Of a DNA stretch of 64,000 bases, positions 1-13,751 are shown piece by piece. Numbering within the stretch: position 1 is the stretch's first letter; every line of letters begins with the position of its first letter. The DNA comes from Bacilli bacterium (GTDB lineage: Bacteria; Bacillota_I; Bacilli_A; RFN20; CAG-826). The notes beneath the pieces were generated by a model. That model was not told the origin of the DNA and ran no database searches. It worked only from the letters and a program-made list of their open reading frames with translations. The DNA lies in NCBI GenBank assembly GCA_017468925.1, contig JAFUHI010000009.1, forward strand, positions 274,162 through 338,161, written 5' to 3'. The translations under genes and the position numbers were made by a program.

Positions 1-193
1 GTCCGTGACTATACCAAATTTCACGCAGTCGGCCATTTCAACATCGACTCTAGAAGAGAAATATTTGGTGAGCCACCTAATGCCCATTCCAATCAATCCG
101 AAAACAATGAAGAATAGGAGGACAAAGACGAGCAAGACAATTAACAATTTCTTGTCGTTATCGCTCATTGTAACGTTCACAAACGAAATGAAA

Positions 194-775
194 TCACCCA
201 TTATTTTCTCCTAAATCATCGTCATCTAATTCGACCGTATTGTTTTCTAATAATGTGCTTGAGTGCGGCAACCCTGGAGTGGGTTGAACATTTGTGTTGT
301 TTTCCAAAAACGGATTGGCTTCCTCTAATTTTTGCTGTCCTACCCATTGGCCCTGTGCCTCAAAAGCGCCCGACTGGAATTGGTTGTTGTTTGGAAGAGG
401 AGTGGCTTCTGCCTGGTTATTGTTAAGCTGTGGAGGAGGTGTTGTTGTCTGATTCTGATTCTGATAATAATTCTGCTGCACGTATACTGTAGAATTCGTC
501 GTATTGCTTGAATTTGTTTGAGGAGCTTGGGCTGGTTGAGCAGAAGCATTTGCGAGCATATCTATTTGAGCTTTTCTGATTCTTTCTACTTGGATATCCT
601 CATTAAATGGAGGAAATATTTCTTTGGCTTTGAAGAATGATATAACAGCCTTTACCCCGGTCACAAACCACATGATAATTCCATAAATCATGAAGAAAGC
701 GACCGCGACCAAAAACAACGGCAAAAGGAGCATATAAACAACACCTAACCCGAAGTTTTTAAGGAATTTAATCAT
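194..775 (-). CDS. Hypothetical membrane-anchored protein with N/Q/P/T-rich low-complexity domain
   Basis: 193 aa ORF with one N-terminal hydrophobic helix (LLLPLFLVAVAFFMIYGIIMWFV). The C-terminal half is strongly biased to N, Q, T and P (QQNYYQNQNQTTTPPPQLNNNQ). No recognisable catalytic motif. Confidence 0.45.
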   Translation of the reverse strand: MIKFLKNFGLGVVYMLLLPLFLVAVAFFMIYGIIMWFVTGVKAVISFFKAKEIFPPFNEDIQVERIRKAQIDMLANASAQPAQAPQTNSSNTTNSTVYVQQNYYQNQNQTTTPPPQLNNNQAEATPLPNNNQFQSGAFEAQGQWVGQQKLEEANPFLENNTNVQPTPGLPHSSTLLENNTVELDDDDLGENNG

Positions 776-1766
776 TCTTCGCCTTTCTCTCTTTCAATAT
801 TAATAATATTCTTCCCAAAAGGGAAGGAAAGGCAACTGAAAAAGAATAGAAGCCTATCAATAATAGTTTACCACCTTCTGGATAATATTTATTTAATATC
901 GCATTCAACATGAATGAGATTATGCATAGGGCGGCCACCATTAAATATAGCCACCAAGTTTTAGCCCTTATCAAAGGAACAAGGGAAAGGAAAGAAAAAT
1001 AGACCGAGAATAGCAAGAAAATCGCCCCAGTTGCTAAATTAACGAACCCCAATCCCAAAGCAAAGGCGGCTGAAACAATAGCCATGCAAGGATAAATGAA
1101 CCACGATATTGCCAAATCAATACGTGAAATATTTAGTTTTTTAAATTCTAATTGGATCACTAAATTGGAAAGCGACGTTTCCACTAAAGACAAAACAAAG
1201 ATGAAGCAGGGGACAATCTCATAGATATGCGGTCTATCGGATAAGCCAATTAGGGTTATCGCACTTTCAATGAAATCAATCCCGTAGATAGCTTTTAGAA
1301 TCGGCAAAGTCAGGTAATTAAGGCCTATGTTTAAAAGCGACACAAGTAATATCAATATTCCAAGCGGTATCCTGAATGATGAAAGAAGTCCATAGAGAGT
1401 TCCACTGATTATTGCAGGAATGATGTAGAAAATGACATTGCTTAAGTCGTACATTCCGGATAAGAGAGAGATGGCGATTGAGGCCAATAAATATATTGGT
1501 ATGTAGATTTTCTTTAGCAAACTGCTGGCAAATGCGCTTACTAATGGAAGAAAAATAACCACAAAAAGAGACGAAAGCGGGACAAAAGAACTTAGTAAAG
1601 AAGCCAAAGCGTTAATCGCAACCATGATGGCGGAAAAGGCGATATTCTGCACTGGTGTTTCTTTTTTCTCAAACAAACGCATGGATATATTATCTATTTT
1701 TTTGCCTTCATTTTGAATGAAAATGAAAACTTTGAAACATAATTTTGTTTCATTCGCCAAAAACAT
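768..1766 (-). CDS. Polytopic integral membrane protein of unknown function
   Basis: 332 aa ORF that is hydrophobic throughout, with about 8-10 predicted TM helices. It overlaps the downstream ORF by 8 nt, so the two probably form an operon. No family assigned from sequence alone. Confidence 0.45.
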   Translation of the reverse strand: MFLANETKLCFKVFIFIQNEGKKIDNISMRLFEKKETPVQNIAFSAIMVAINALASLLSSFVPLSSLFVVIFLPLVSAFASSLLKKIYIPIYLLASIAISLLSGMYDLSNVIFYIIPAIISGTLYGLLSSFRIPLGILILLVSLLNIGLNYLTLPILKAIYGIDFIESAITLIGLSDRPHIYEIVPCFIFVLSLVETSLSNLVIQLEFKKLNISRIDLAISWFIYPCMAIVSAAFALGLGFVNLATGAIFLLFSVYFSFLSLVPLIRAKTWWLYLMVAALCIISFMLNAILNKYYPEGGKLLLIGFYSFSVAFPSLLGRILLILKERKAKND

Positions 1767-1840
1767 TCACTTTTTTGTCATTTATTGCATTAATCTTTAT
1801 TTAGTCTTCAAAAAAGTATATCCTTAACATAGTTAAGATT

Positions 1841-6147
<4,307 letters not shown>

Positions 6148-6166
6148 TAATGTGATAATCTTTTAG

Positions 6167-6472
6167 GTGGAAAATATGAAAGAAGTCAACAAAGAAGTAC
6201 TGGTAGACGCTGCATCTCGCCTCTTATTCTCCATGGAGGAAAGAGAGTACGATACCTTGTTAGAAGAATTCAAAATTCTAAAAATTCAAATGGAGAAGAT
6301 TGGGAAAATTGAAGGGTTGGACGAATATCCGCCGATGACTTTCCCTTTCCCTTGTGAGGTCGATTTTCTTAGGGAAGACGTTCCATCCAAGCCATTGAGC
6401 AGGGATGAGGCTTTAAGAAACGCCGGCAGCAAGCAAGACAATCAAATAAAATTGCCAAAGGTGGTGAAATAA
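6167..6472 (+). CDS. gatC: Glu-tRNA(Gln)/Asp-tRNA(Asn) amidotransferase subunit C (GatC-like)
   Basis: 101 aa small acidic protein lying immediately upstream of gatA and gatB. Its size and position match GatC. Sequence similarity alone is weak. Confidence 0.65.
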   Translation: MENMKEVNKEVLVDAASRLLFSMEEREYDTLLEEFKILKIQMEKIGKIEGLDEYPPMTFPFPCEVDFLREDVPSKPLSRDEALRNAGSKQDNQIKLPKVVK

Positions 6473-6473
6473 G

Positions 6474-7943
6474 ATGGATTATTTAGATTTGCCTTTATTA
6501 GAATTGCATAAGGCTTTGGTGAATAAAGAAGTCACCCCATTTGATTTGGCCAAAGAAGCGCTAAATAGAGCTCATCGTGATGAAAATAACGCCTTTGAAT
6601 ATTTATGTGATGAAGAGGCTCTTAGCTTTGCTAAAACACTTACCGAGCCAGAAGAAGATAATGTCCTTTGGGGCATTCCATATTTCGCAAAAGACAATTT
6701 CTCCACCAAAGACATACCTACCTGTGCCTCCAGCGACATTCTTTCTGGATATGTACCGGTTTATGATGCGACAGTCATAGAATTGCTACGTGATAAAAAA
6801 GCGGTTTTATTAGGAAAAACCACATTAGACGAATTGGCTATGGGTGGGACTGGTATGACAGGGCATCTAGGCATAACTTATAACCCTTTTGATCCTTCAA
6901 AAGAGAGAATGGTGGGTGGCTCTAGCTGTGGCAGTGCCGCTTCAGTCGCCGCTTCAATAGTACCTTTCGCCTTAGGCTCAGATACCGGGGATTCGGTAAG
7001 AAAACCAGCATCTTTAGCGGGTCTAGTCGGCTTCAAGCCAACTTGGGGAAGGATATCTAGATATGGTTTATTCCCCTTTGCCCCATCCTTAGACCATGTT
7101 GCTTATTTCTCTAGAGACGTCATTTCTTCTGCACTTATCCTTGATGTTTTGGCGGGAAGAGATGAAAAAGATGCGACTTCATCTTTTGTTCCTGTTGAGA
7201 AATACGAGGAAAACATAGGAAAACCGATAAAAGGAATGAAGGTTGGAATCATCAAAGAAGTATATGATTCTTTATCGAACCAGGCGACTAAGAAACATTT
7301 TGATTCGGCGATAGAGGCTTTGAAAAATAGTGGAGTAGAAATAAAAGAGATTTCTCTAGGCCACGACTTGATGGAAAGTCTGTACGCCACATATTTCGTG
7401 ATAAGCTGTGCTGAAGCAACAAGCAACAATGCCAATTTAGATGGCATCAAATTCGGGCCTTATAGAGCAGGAAATTCCTACGAGGAAGTGATGAATAAAG
7501 CCAGAACCCAAGGGTTCTCTGAGCTCATAAAACGCCGCTTTGTCATCGGATCCTACTGTCTAATGAAAGAAAATCAGGATGAACTATTCCTTAGAGCCCA
7601 GAAAAATAGGGCGAAGATTGTTGATGAGGTCAACAAGGCTTTGAAAGAAGTTGACTTCCTCATCGCCATGGCTGCGCCAGGCATCGCTCCTAAATTCACT
7701 CAGAAAAGCGATAAATTAAGTAGGGAGTATCTTATCGCAGACAATCACCTATGCATCGGCAACTTTGCAGGTCTCCCTTCAATCACCATCCCTCTATATT
7801 TAGAGAACGATATGCCTGTAGGAATCAATTTCACCGGCAGGGCATTTGAGGAGAAAGAACTGTTCCAAATCGCTGCCGCATTAGAAAAAGAAACGGGTTT
7901 GGCGGGGTTATCCGCTAAAAACAAGAAGGAGGGGAACTTATGA
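6474..7943 (+). CDS. gatA: Glutamyl-tRNA(Gln) amidotransferase subunit A (amidase signature family)
   Basis: 489 aa protein. Has the amidase-signature Gly/Ser-rich block (GGSSCGSAASVAASIVPFALGSDTGDSVR) and the catalytic Ser-cisSer-Lys context. Confidence 0.9.
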   Translation: MDYLDLPLLELHKALVNKEVTPFDLAKEALNRAHRDENNAFEYLCDEEALSFAKTLTEPEEDNVLWGIPYFAKDNFSTKDIPTCASSDILSGYVPVYDATVIELLRDKKAVLLGKTTLDELAMGGTGMTGHLGITYNPFDPSKERMVGGSSCGSAASVAASIVPFALGSDTGDSVRKPASLAGLVGFKPTWGRISRYGLFPFAPSLDHVAYFSRDVISSALILDVLAGRDEKDATSSFVPVEKYEENIGKPIKGMKVGIIKEVYDSLSNQATKKHFDSAIEALKNSGVEIKEISLGHDLMESLYATYFVISCAEATSNNANLDGIKFGPYRAGNSYEEVMNKARTQGFSELIKRRFVIGSYCLMKENQDELFLRAQKNRAKIVDEVNKALKEVDFLIAMAAPGIAPKFTQKSDKLSREYLIADNHLCIGNFAGLPSITIPLYLENDMPVGINFTGRAFEEKELFQIAAALEKETGLAGLSAKNKKEGNL

Positions 7944-9367
7944 ATTTTGAAGCCATAATTGGATTAGAGATCCACGTTGAGCAGAAAACCGCATCAAAGA
8001 TGTTTTCCTCAGCCCCAAATTCCTTCTCAAGGGAACCAAACACCCAGGTCATGCCTCTTGATATGGCTTTCCCAGGAACTATGCCCACCGTTAATAAGCA
8101 AGCGGTCATTAATGCGATTAGAGTCGCTAACGCCTTGCATATGGAAATAGACCATGTTTTGACGTTTGACCGCAAAAACTATTTCTATAGCGATCTTCCA
8201 AAAGGATTCCAAATAACGCAGCAATTCCACCCAATTGGGAGAAATGGCTATGTTGAAGTTGACACCTCTTTAGGGAAGAAAAGAATCGGCATCGAAAGAA
8301 TCCATATGGAGGAAGATACATGCAAACAAGAGCATTTCCTCGACTATACGCTATTAGACTATAACCGCGCTGGCGTCCCACTTATCGAAATAGTCTCTTT
8401 GCCAGAAATGTCATCTGGACTAGAAGCTAGAGAATACGCTGAAGCGATTAGAAATATTGTCGTTTACACCAACACAAGCGATGGAAAAATGGAAGAAGGA
8501 TCCCTTAGATGCGATTGCAATATCTCGATTCGCCCTATAGGACAAAAAGAATTCGGCACGAAAGTCGAAGTCAAGAACATCAATTCCTTCAAAAACATCG
8601 AGTTAGCGGTCGATTATGAGATAAAAAGACAAAGCAAACTCATATTGTCTGGCTCAAAAGTCGAGCAAGAGACAAGAAGATGGGATGAATCTAGCTCCCG
8701 CACAATTCTTATGAGAAAGAAAACAGATGCGGTCGATTACAAATATTTCTGTGAGCCAAATATCGCCCCAATTAGACTAAGCGATGAATTTGTTAACCAC
8801 GCAATTGAGACTTGCCCGGAATTATATGATTCCAAGAAAGAAAGATATCTTTCTCTAGGATTAACGGTCTCGGATGCTGAGATAATTCTTTCTTCCAAAA
8901 GCTTGGCATCCTATTTCGAAAGTGGGCTATCTAGTGTCAAAAATGCCAAATCTTTGGCGAATTTCCTCATTGTCGAAATCAATGCATATTTGAACAAAAA
9001 TGGCAAAAAGATCGAGGATTTGCAGATGAAATGCCCAACTTTATCTGAAATAGTCAATATGGGAGAAGAAGATAAATTAACCCATAAGCAATGCGTCGAT
9101 ATTTTAAATAGGGTATTAGAGACAAATGTCTCGCCGAAACTTGCCAAAGAGCAACTCAACATCGTTTCCCAAGCTTCTGACGATGCGACGATTCTAGAAT
9201 TCGTAACCAAGGTATTGGACGCCAATCCGCAGTCTATCATCGACTTCAAGGCCGGAAAGGATAGAGCCTTAGGGTTCTTAGTCGGACAAATAATGAAAGA
9301 GAGCAAAGGCAAGGTCAACCCCGCCGCAGCCTCCAAATTATTGAAGGAAGAAATCGCCAAACGATAA
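7940..9367 (+). CDS. gatB: Glutamyl-tRNA(Gln) amidotransferase subunit B
   Basis: 475 aa protein. N-terminal MNFEAIIGLEIHVEQ and the IHMEEDT motif are GatB hallmarks. Has a C-terminal YqeY-like domain. Overlaps gatA by 4 nt. Confidence 0.9.
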   Translation: MNFEAIIGLEIHVEQKTASKMFSSAPNSFSREPNTQVMPLDMAFPGTMPTVNKQAVINAIRVANALHMEIDHVLTFDRKNYFYSDLPKGFQITQQFHPIGRNGYVEVDTSLGKKRIGIERIHMEEDTCKQEHFLDYTLLDYNRAGVPLIEIVSLPEMSSGLEAREYAEAIRNIVVYTNTSDGKMEEGSLRCDCNISIRPIGQKEFGTKVEVKNINSFKNIELAVDYEIKRQSKLILSGSKVEQETRRWDESSSRTILMRKKTDAVDYKYFCEPNIAPIRLSDEFVNHAIETCPELYDSKKERYLSLGLTVSDAEIILSSKSLASYFESGLSSVKNAKSLANFLIVEINAYLNKNGKKIEDLQMKCPTLSEIVNMGEEDKLTHKQCVDILNRVLETNVSPKLAKEQLNIVSQASDDATILEFVTKVLDANPQSIIDFKAGKDRALGFLVGQIMKESKGKVNPAAASKLLKEEIAKR

Positions 9368-9399
9368 ATGTAATGTTATAATGTAGTTGAGGAAACTAC

Positions 9400-10176
9400 A
9401 TGGACTACAAGAAAGAACTAGATGAACTGACTGAATGGCTAAAAAATGCCTTGTCTTTTAAACTGCCTTCCTATAAGGAATTGCCTCCTGTTCCTTTGTA
9501 CATGGAGCAGGTTGTCACTTATATAAACACCATTATGGCGCCTCTATCCAGCGGTGAGAAAAAGAATCTCACATCCTTCATGGTAAATAACTATGTGAAG
9601 GCAAAGATAATAGATGAGCCAGTCAAAAAGAAATATGATTCAAATCAGCTCGGCTATCTTTTGGCGATTTATAGCCTTAAAGAAGTTCTTAATATGTCAG
9701 ATATATCTCTTCTCATCGAAATGGACGAGGATGTTTCGACCGATAAATCAACCTTATATAGATTCTATAGCCGTATGAGCGAAGACATCATCTCCACAAG
9801 AGTTGGACAAGCCAAAGACAAAGTTGAGATGTACAAACAATCTTATGAAAGGCAAAAGAAAGCGGGTAACCCAAAAGCCGAGCAATATCTAAATGATGAA
9901 CTGGCTTTGATGGCCTTGCGTCTATCAATCAAATCATCCATAGACAAGATTTTAGCGGAGGCGCTTCTCGCCACGATCGCAAAAACCACAAATAAGAAAG
10001 AACTTGCTTCAACAAAGACCTTGCATGAGAGCAAATTTGTTGAAAAAGCAGCGCTTGAAGAATCCAAGAGAGTTGCCGAAGCGAAAGCGAAAATAAGTAG
10101 AAAAAAGAAGAAAGAGATTGAATCTCTTGAAGTAAGTTCAAAACCGAAAAAACAGAAAAAAGAGAAGAAGAAATAA
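9400..10176 (+). CDS. DUF1836-like protein with Lys-rich C-terminal tail
   Basis: 258 aa protein. The N-terminal 110 aa resemble the DUF1836 family that commonly follows gatB in Firmicutes. The C-terminus is a K/E-rich charged tail (KKKKEIESLEVSSKPKKQKKEKKK). Confidence 0.45.
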   Translation: MDYKKELDELTEWLKNALSFKLPSYKELPPVPLYMEQVVTYINTIMAPLSSGEKKNLTSFMVNNYVKAKIIDEPVKKKYDSNQLGYLLAIYSLKEVLNMSDISLLIEMDEDVSTDKSTLYRFYSRMSEDIISTRVGQAKDKVEMYKQSYERQKKAGNPKAEQYLNDELALMALRLSIKSSIDKILAEALLATIAKTTNKKELASTKTLHESKFVEKAALEESKRVAEAKAKISRKKKKEIESLEVSSKPKKQKKEKKK

Positions 10177-10204
10177 TAGCAATTATCGAGTTTTTCGATA
10201 TAGT

Positions 10205-10295
10205 TTTCAAACTTCAAAAATTAATTTATTTTAATAACTTCAATGTGACTTTGAAGTAACTTTGAAGTGGACATTGAAGTAACTATGAAGCAAAT
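10205..10295. repeat. Cluster of TTGAAGT / ACTTCAA motifs (direct and inverted copies, period about 11-12 bp) in the intergenic region
   Basis: Seen directly. ACTTCAA occurs at about 10212 and 10238. TTGAAGT occurs at 10251, 10262 and 10274, and a TATGAAG variant at 10284. The cluster lies between the DUF1836 gene and the acyltransferase gene. Confidence 0.4.
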
Positions 10296-10374
10296 GATGG
10301 CGGTGCACATTTTCGTTTTTGCGATTTTGGTATTAATATTTATTCATTAAAGAAAGACAAAGCAGGCGGATGAT

Positions 10375-11676
10375 ATGAAAAAGAAAATGACTTTAGAACA
10401 AAAAATAGCCAAAAGGAAATATAAAATACCCAACCCCATTTTATGGTGGTTCTTAATGAGAGTTATTTTAAAACCATTCCTTTCTCCGAAATTCAATCCA
10501 CACATAAAAGTGGTTGATGATATAAACAAGGAAAAGGGCCCTGCCTTCCTCATATATAACCATCAAAGCCGTTGCGATTATATCTATATTACTCAAGCAG
10601 TGTATCCCAAGAGAATCAATTTCGTAGTTGGATATAACGAATTCTTTAGAAGCCATCTTCATCTGATTCTTAAGATGCTAAATGCCATCCCGAAGAAGAA
10701 TTTCACCATCGATATGGTTTCCATAAAAGCTATGTCAAGCATCATAAAGCAAGGCGGCGTGGTCTGTTTGGCGCCTGAAGGAATGTCTTCAATCACCGGC
10801 CATAACCAGCCTGTTGGTGAAGGGACTGGAAAATTATTTAAACACTACGGAATCCCTGTTTACTTGGTCAAATTAAATGGTGCATTCTTATCAAACACCA
10901 AAGTTTGTTTGGATGAAAGAAAAGGAAGAGTGGACGCTACCTTGACGAAATTATTTGATCCAGAAGACTTGAAGAACATGAGTGCAGAAGAGATTCAGTT
11001 AAAGACCGATGAAGCTTTGTGGCACGATGATTATGAATGGAATAAGAAAGAGCATGTCAAATTCGATGGACATGGCAATATGGGAAGCCATCTCCATGAT
11101 TTGCTATACCGTTGTCCAAAATGTGGCCACGAATTAGAGATGATAGGCGAAAAGGACTATATCAAGTGCAAACATTGTGGAAACGGGGCGACAATAAACG
11201 ATTACTATGAATTCGTTCCGTTTGATGAGACCTGCGTTTTGCCTGAATCTCCATCAAAATGGGTCGATGAAGAAAGACAAATCGTAATCAAAGAGATAAG
11301 AAATAACCCTTCTTATAGCTTCAAAGAGCATGTGAAAATAGGAAAACTCTCAGATTACAAGCTTCTCAAGGATATGAAGACCTCGGAGATATGCGGAGAG
11401 GGAGATATCACCATCGACCACCAAGGCGTTCATTATGTTGGCACAAAGGATGGCGAACCTTGGTCGTTTGATCTTTCATACAACATGATACCGACACCCG
11501 GGATGGTCACCGATGTGAGTTTCTTCGCTACATACGTGAATGGAAAATATTACGATTTCTTCCCTGAGCGACCTTCAGTCGGTAAAATATTGTTGACGAT
11601 AGAGGAAATGCATCGACTCCATGTGAATAGCTGGAAGAACTTCCCATGGATGGATTATATGTATAAGGAGCAATAA
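10375..11676 (+). CDS. Lysophospholipid (1-acyl-sn-glycerol-3-phosphate) acyltransferase family protein with internal zinc ribbon and extra C-terminal domain
   Basis: 433 aa protein. Has the HX4D acyltransferase motif (NHQSRCDY) and a PEG-like block (APEGMSS). Carries a C2-C2 zinc ribbon (CPKCGHELEM...CKHCGN) and an extra C-terminal domain of about 180 aa. Confidence 0.6.
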   Translation: MKKKMTLEQKIAKRKYKIPNPILWWFLMRVILKPFLSPKFNPHIKVVDDINKEKGPAFLIYNHQSRCDYIYITQAVYPKRINFVVGYNEFFRSHLHLILKMLNAIPKKNFTIDMVSIKAMSSIIKQGGVVCLAPEGMSSITGHNQPVGEGTGKLFKHYGIPVYLVKLNGAFLSNTKVCLDERKGRVDATLTKLFDPEDLKNMSAEEIQLKTDEALWHDDYEWNKKEHVKFDGHGNMGSHLHDLLYRCPKCGHELEMIGEKDYIKCKHCGNGATINDYYEFVPFDETCVLPESPSKWVDEERQIVIKEIRNNPSYSFKEHVKIGKLSDYKLLKDMKTSEICGEGDITIDHQGVHYVGTKDGEPWSFDLSYNMIPTPGMVTDVSFFATYVNGKYYDFFPERPSVGKILLTIEEMHRLHVNSWKNFPWMDYMYKEQ

Positions 11677-11677
11677 T

Positions 11678-12055
11678 ATGAAAAAAGCGGCGATTATTTT
11701 GTATTCAGTAGGTATAGCTATATGGCTTACGATCCTAATTTTTGGCATCGTCTTTGGTTTCTCTTCCCAGCAAGGAATTGACCAAGGAGGTGAGCAAGTT
11801 GATTCAGGAGGTGAAGCAATTGGCTTTGTTTTTGCAGCGATTTTCCTCGCTTTGTTCTCAGTGATGGGATATGGTGCTGCCATAATATCAGGATTGTTTT
11901 TGGCCTTCTGCGTTTTCGGAATCATAGTCTTGGCCAAAAGCAAGAAAAAAGGATTTGTGGTTCTTTCTGGAGTATTGGGTTTATTTGGCTCGTTGCCCGC
12001 AGGAATCATTACTCTTGTCTATTCGAAAAGTCTTACAAAAGGCGCGGCTGAATGA
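11678..12055 (+). CDS. Small membrane protein (3-4 TM) of unknown function
   Basis: 125 aa ORF that is hydrophobic and Gly-rich. Its start codon is 2 nt after the acyltransferase stop, and its TGA stop overlaps the ATG of the next gene. Confidence 0.4.
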   Translation: MKKAAIILYSVGIAIWLTILIFGIVFGFSSQQGIDQGGEQVDSGGEAIGFVFAAIFLALFSVMGYGAAIISGLFLAFCVFGIIVLAKSKKKGFVVLSGVLGLFGSLPAGIITLVYSKSLTKGAAE

Positions 12056-12660
12056 AGATTAATTTTCTAGGCGATAGCATCACCGAAGGTGTTGGTGCTT
12101 CAATCCACGAAGAAACATACACTTATTTGGTGTGTAAATATTTTGGCGCTGAAGAATGCAATTTCGGCATCTCTGGGACTAGGATTGCCGCTCAAAGAGG
12201 CCCATCATTACAAGAAGATTGGGATGAACAATTCATCGTCAGAGCGAAAAGGATGGGCGAAGCGGATTTCACTTTTGTTTTTGGTGGTACCAATGATTTT
12301 GGACATGGGGACGCTATATTGGGTAAGTGTGGCGATAAAAGCCAATATACTTTCTATGGCGCTTTCTTGTATTTAGCAAATTATCTAAAAGAAAAATTCG
12401 GAAAGAAGCTTTGCTTTATTTTGCCTATCCCACGCTTTGACCAGAATGACGCGCACAAGGAAATACCAGGCGAACCGCTAGAAAAATACATCGAATCGGA
12501 AAAGATAATATTAAATGGCCTGCATATTGAATATCTCGATTTGAAAGATGCATTTCCTAAAGAAATATTTTCTTGGACTGTTGATGGGGTTCACCCGAGC
12601 CCATACGGATATAAGATTTTAGCTAATAACGTTATTGAGTATTTGAAGAAACGATTGTAG
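12052..12660 (+). CDS. SGNH/GDSL-family hydrolase (lipase/acylesterase)
   Basis: 202 aa protein. Has the N-terminal GDSIT motif (INFLGDSITEG), the GGTND block (FGGTNDF) and a C-terminal DGVHP catalytic His block. Confidence 0.65.
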   Translation: MKINFLGDSITEGVGASIHEETYTYLVCKYFGAEECNFGISGTRIAAQRGPSLQEDWDEQFIVRAKRMGEADFTFVFGGTNDFGHGDAILGKCGDKSQYTFYGAFLYLANYLKEKFGKKLCFILPIPRFDQNDAHKEIPGEPLEKYIESEKIILNGLHIEYLDLKDAFPKEIFSWTVDGVHPSPYGYKILANNVIEYLKKRL

Positions 12661-12725
12661 AAGCAATCATATTTAATGATTTTCTATAGAAAATGAAGCA
12701 TAATTGTGGAGAAGAGGTTTTTGTT

Positions 12726-13742
12726 ATGAAAAATATTTTGGTCACAGGAGGCTTAGGTTTCATCGGAAGCGAGACTGTTGTTTGCTTAATCGAAGAAGGA
12801 TACACTCCGATAATCATCGACAATTTGTATAATTCCAAGAAAGCCGTGTTGCCTCGCATTAAAGAAATAACTGGCGTTTTGCCAAAATTCTATGAGAATG
12901 ACGTAACCGATGAAGACGCTCTTAGAAAGATTTTTAAAGAGAATAAAATCGATGGAGTAATCCATTTTGCTGGATATAAAGCAGTCGGCGAATCGGTCCA
13001 AAAACCGCTTGAATATTATTCAAATAACCTCATTTCCACATTGAAATTGGTCAAGGTGATGAAGGAATTTGGCGTCAAAAACCTCATCTTTTCTTCATCC
13101 GCGACCGTTTATGGGCTTCCAAAAAGAGTCCCAGTCACCGAAGAAGATGAACTAAATGAAGCGACAAATCCTTATGGAGAAACCAAATTCATGATTGAGA
13201 GGATTCTTGGTGATATTTCCAAAGCCGATCCATCATTTAACGTCGCGTTGCTTAGGTATTTCAATCCAATTGGAGGTCATCCTTCTGGCCTTTTGGGCGA
13301 GGATCCAAACGGCATTCCAAATAACTTATTGCCATATATTTCTCAAGTCGCAATAGGCAAATTAGACCATTTGAATATCTTTGGAGATGATTATGACACA
13401 CCAGATGGCACGGGAGTTAGAGATTACATTCACGTCGTTGACTTGGCTTCTGGCCACGTAGCTACCCTTAAGAAATTAGAAACCAATCCAGGCTTGGTCA
13501 TCTATAATCTTGGCACCGGCAAAGGAACATCGGTATTAGAGATGGTTAAGGCATACGAAAAGGCAAATAACGTCAAAATCCCGTATGAGATAAAACCAAG
13601 GAGAGCGGGCGACATCGCCGCCAATTATGCGAATGTGGATAAAGCCAAAAGAGAGCTTGGCTGGGTTGCCAAATATGACATCGTCCAAGCTTGCTTAGAC
13701 GCGTATAACTTCCAAAAGAAAAATCCAGATGGGATTAAATAG
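12726..13742 (+). CDS. galE: UDP-glucose 4-epimerase
   Basis: Rossmann GxxGxxG motif (VTGGLGFIGS) and YxxxK (YGETK) fit GalE. The start was moved to the internal Met (MKNILVTGG) that is preceded by a GGAGAAG ribosome-binding site. The computed ORF began 33 nt upstream of that. Confidence 0.8.
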   Translation: MKNILVTGGLGFIGSETVVCLIEEGYTPIIIDNLYNSKKAVLPRIKEITGVLPKFYENDVTDEDALRKIFKENKIDGVIHFAGYKAVGESVQKPLEYYSNNLISTLKLVKVMKEFGVKNLIFSSSATVYGLPKRVPVTEEDELNEATNPYGETKFMIERILGDISKADPSFNVALLRYFNPIGGHPSGLLGEDPNGIPNNLLPYISQVAIGKLDHLNIFGDDYDTPDGTGVRDYIHVVDLASGHVATLKKLETNPGLVIYNLGTGKGTSVLEMVKAYEKANNVKIPYEIKPRRAGDIAANYANVDKAKRELGWVAKYDIVQACLDAYNFQKKNPDGIK

Positions 13743-13751
13743 GAGAACAAA

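Noticed and set aside
10205-10295. Possible CRISPR array or mini-repeat array (TTGAAGT cluster)
   Set aside because: The repeats are only 7 bp long with no spacers of regular length and no cas genes nearby. They fit a regulatory motif cluster, not a CRISPR array.
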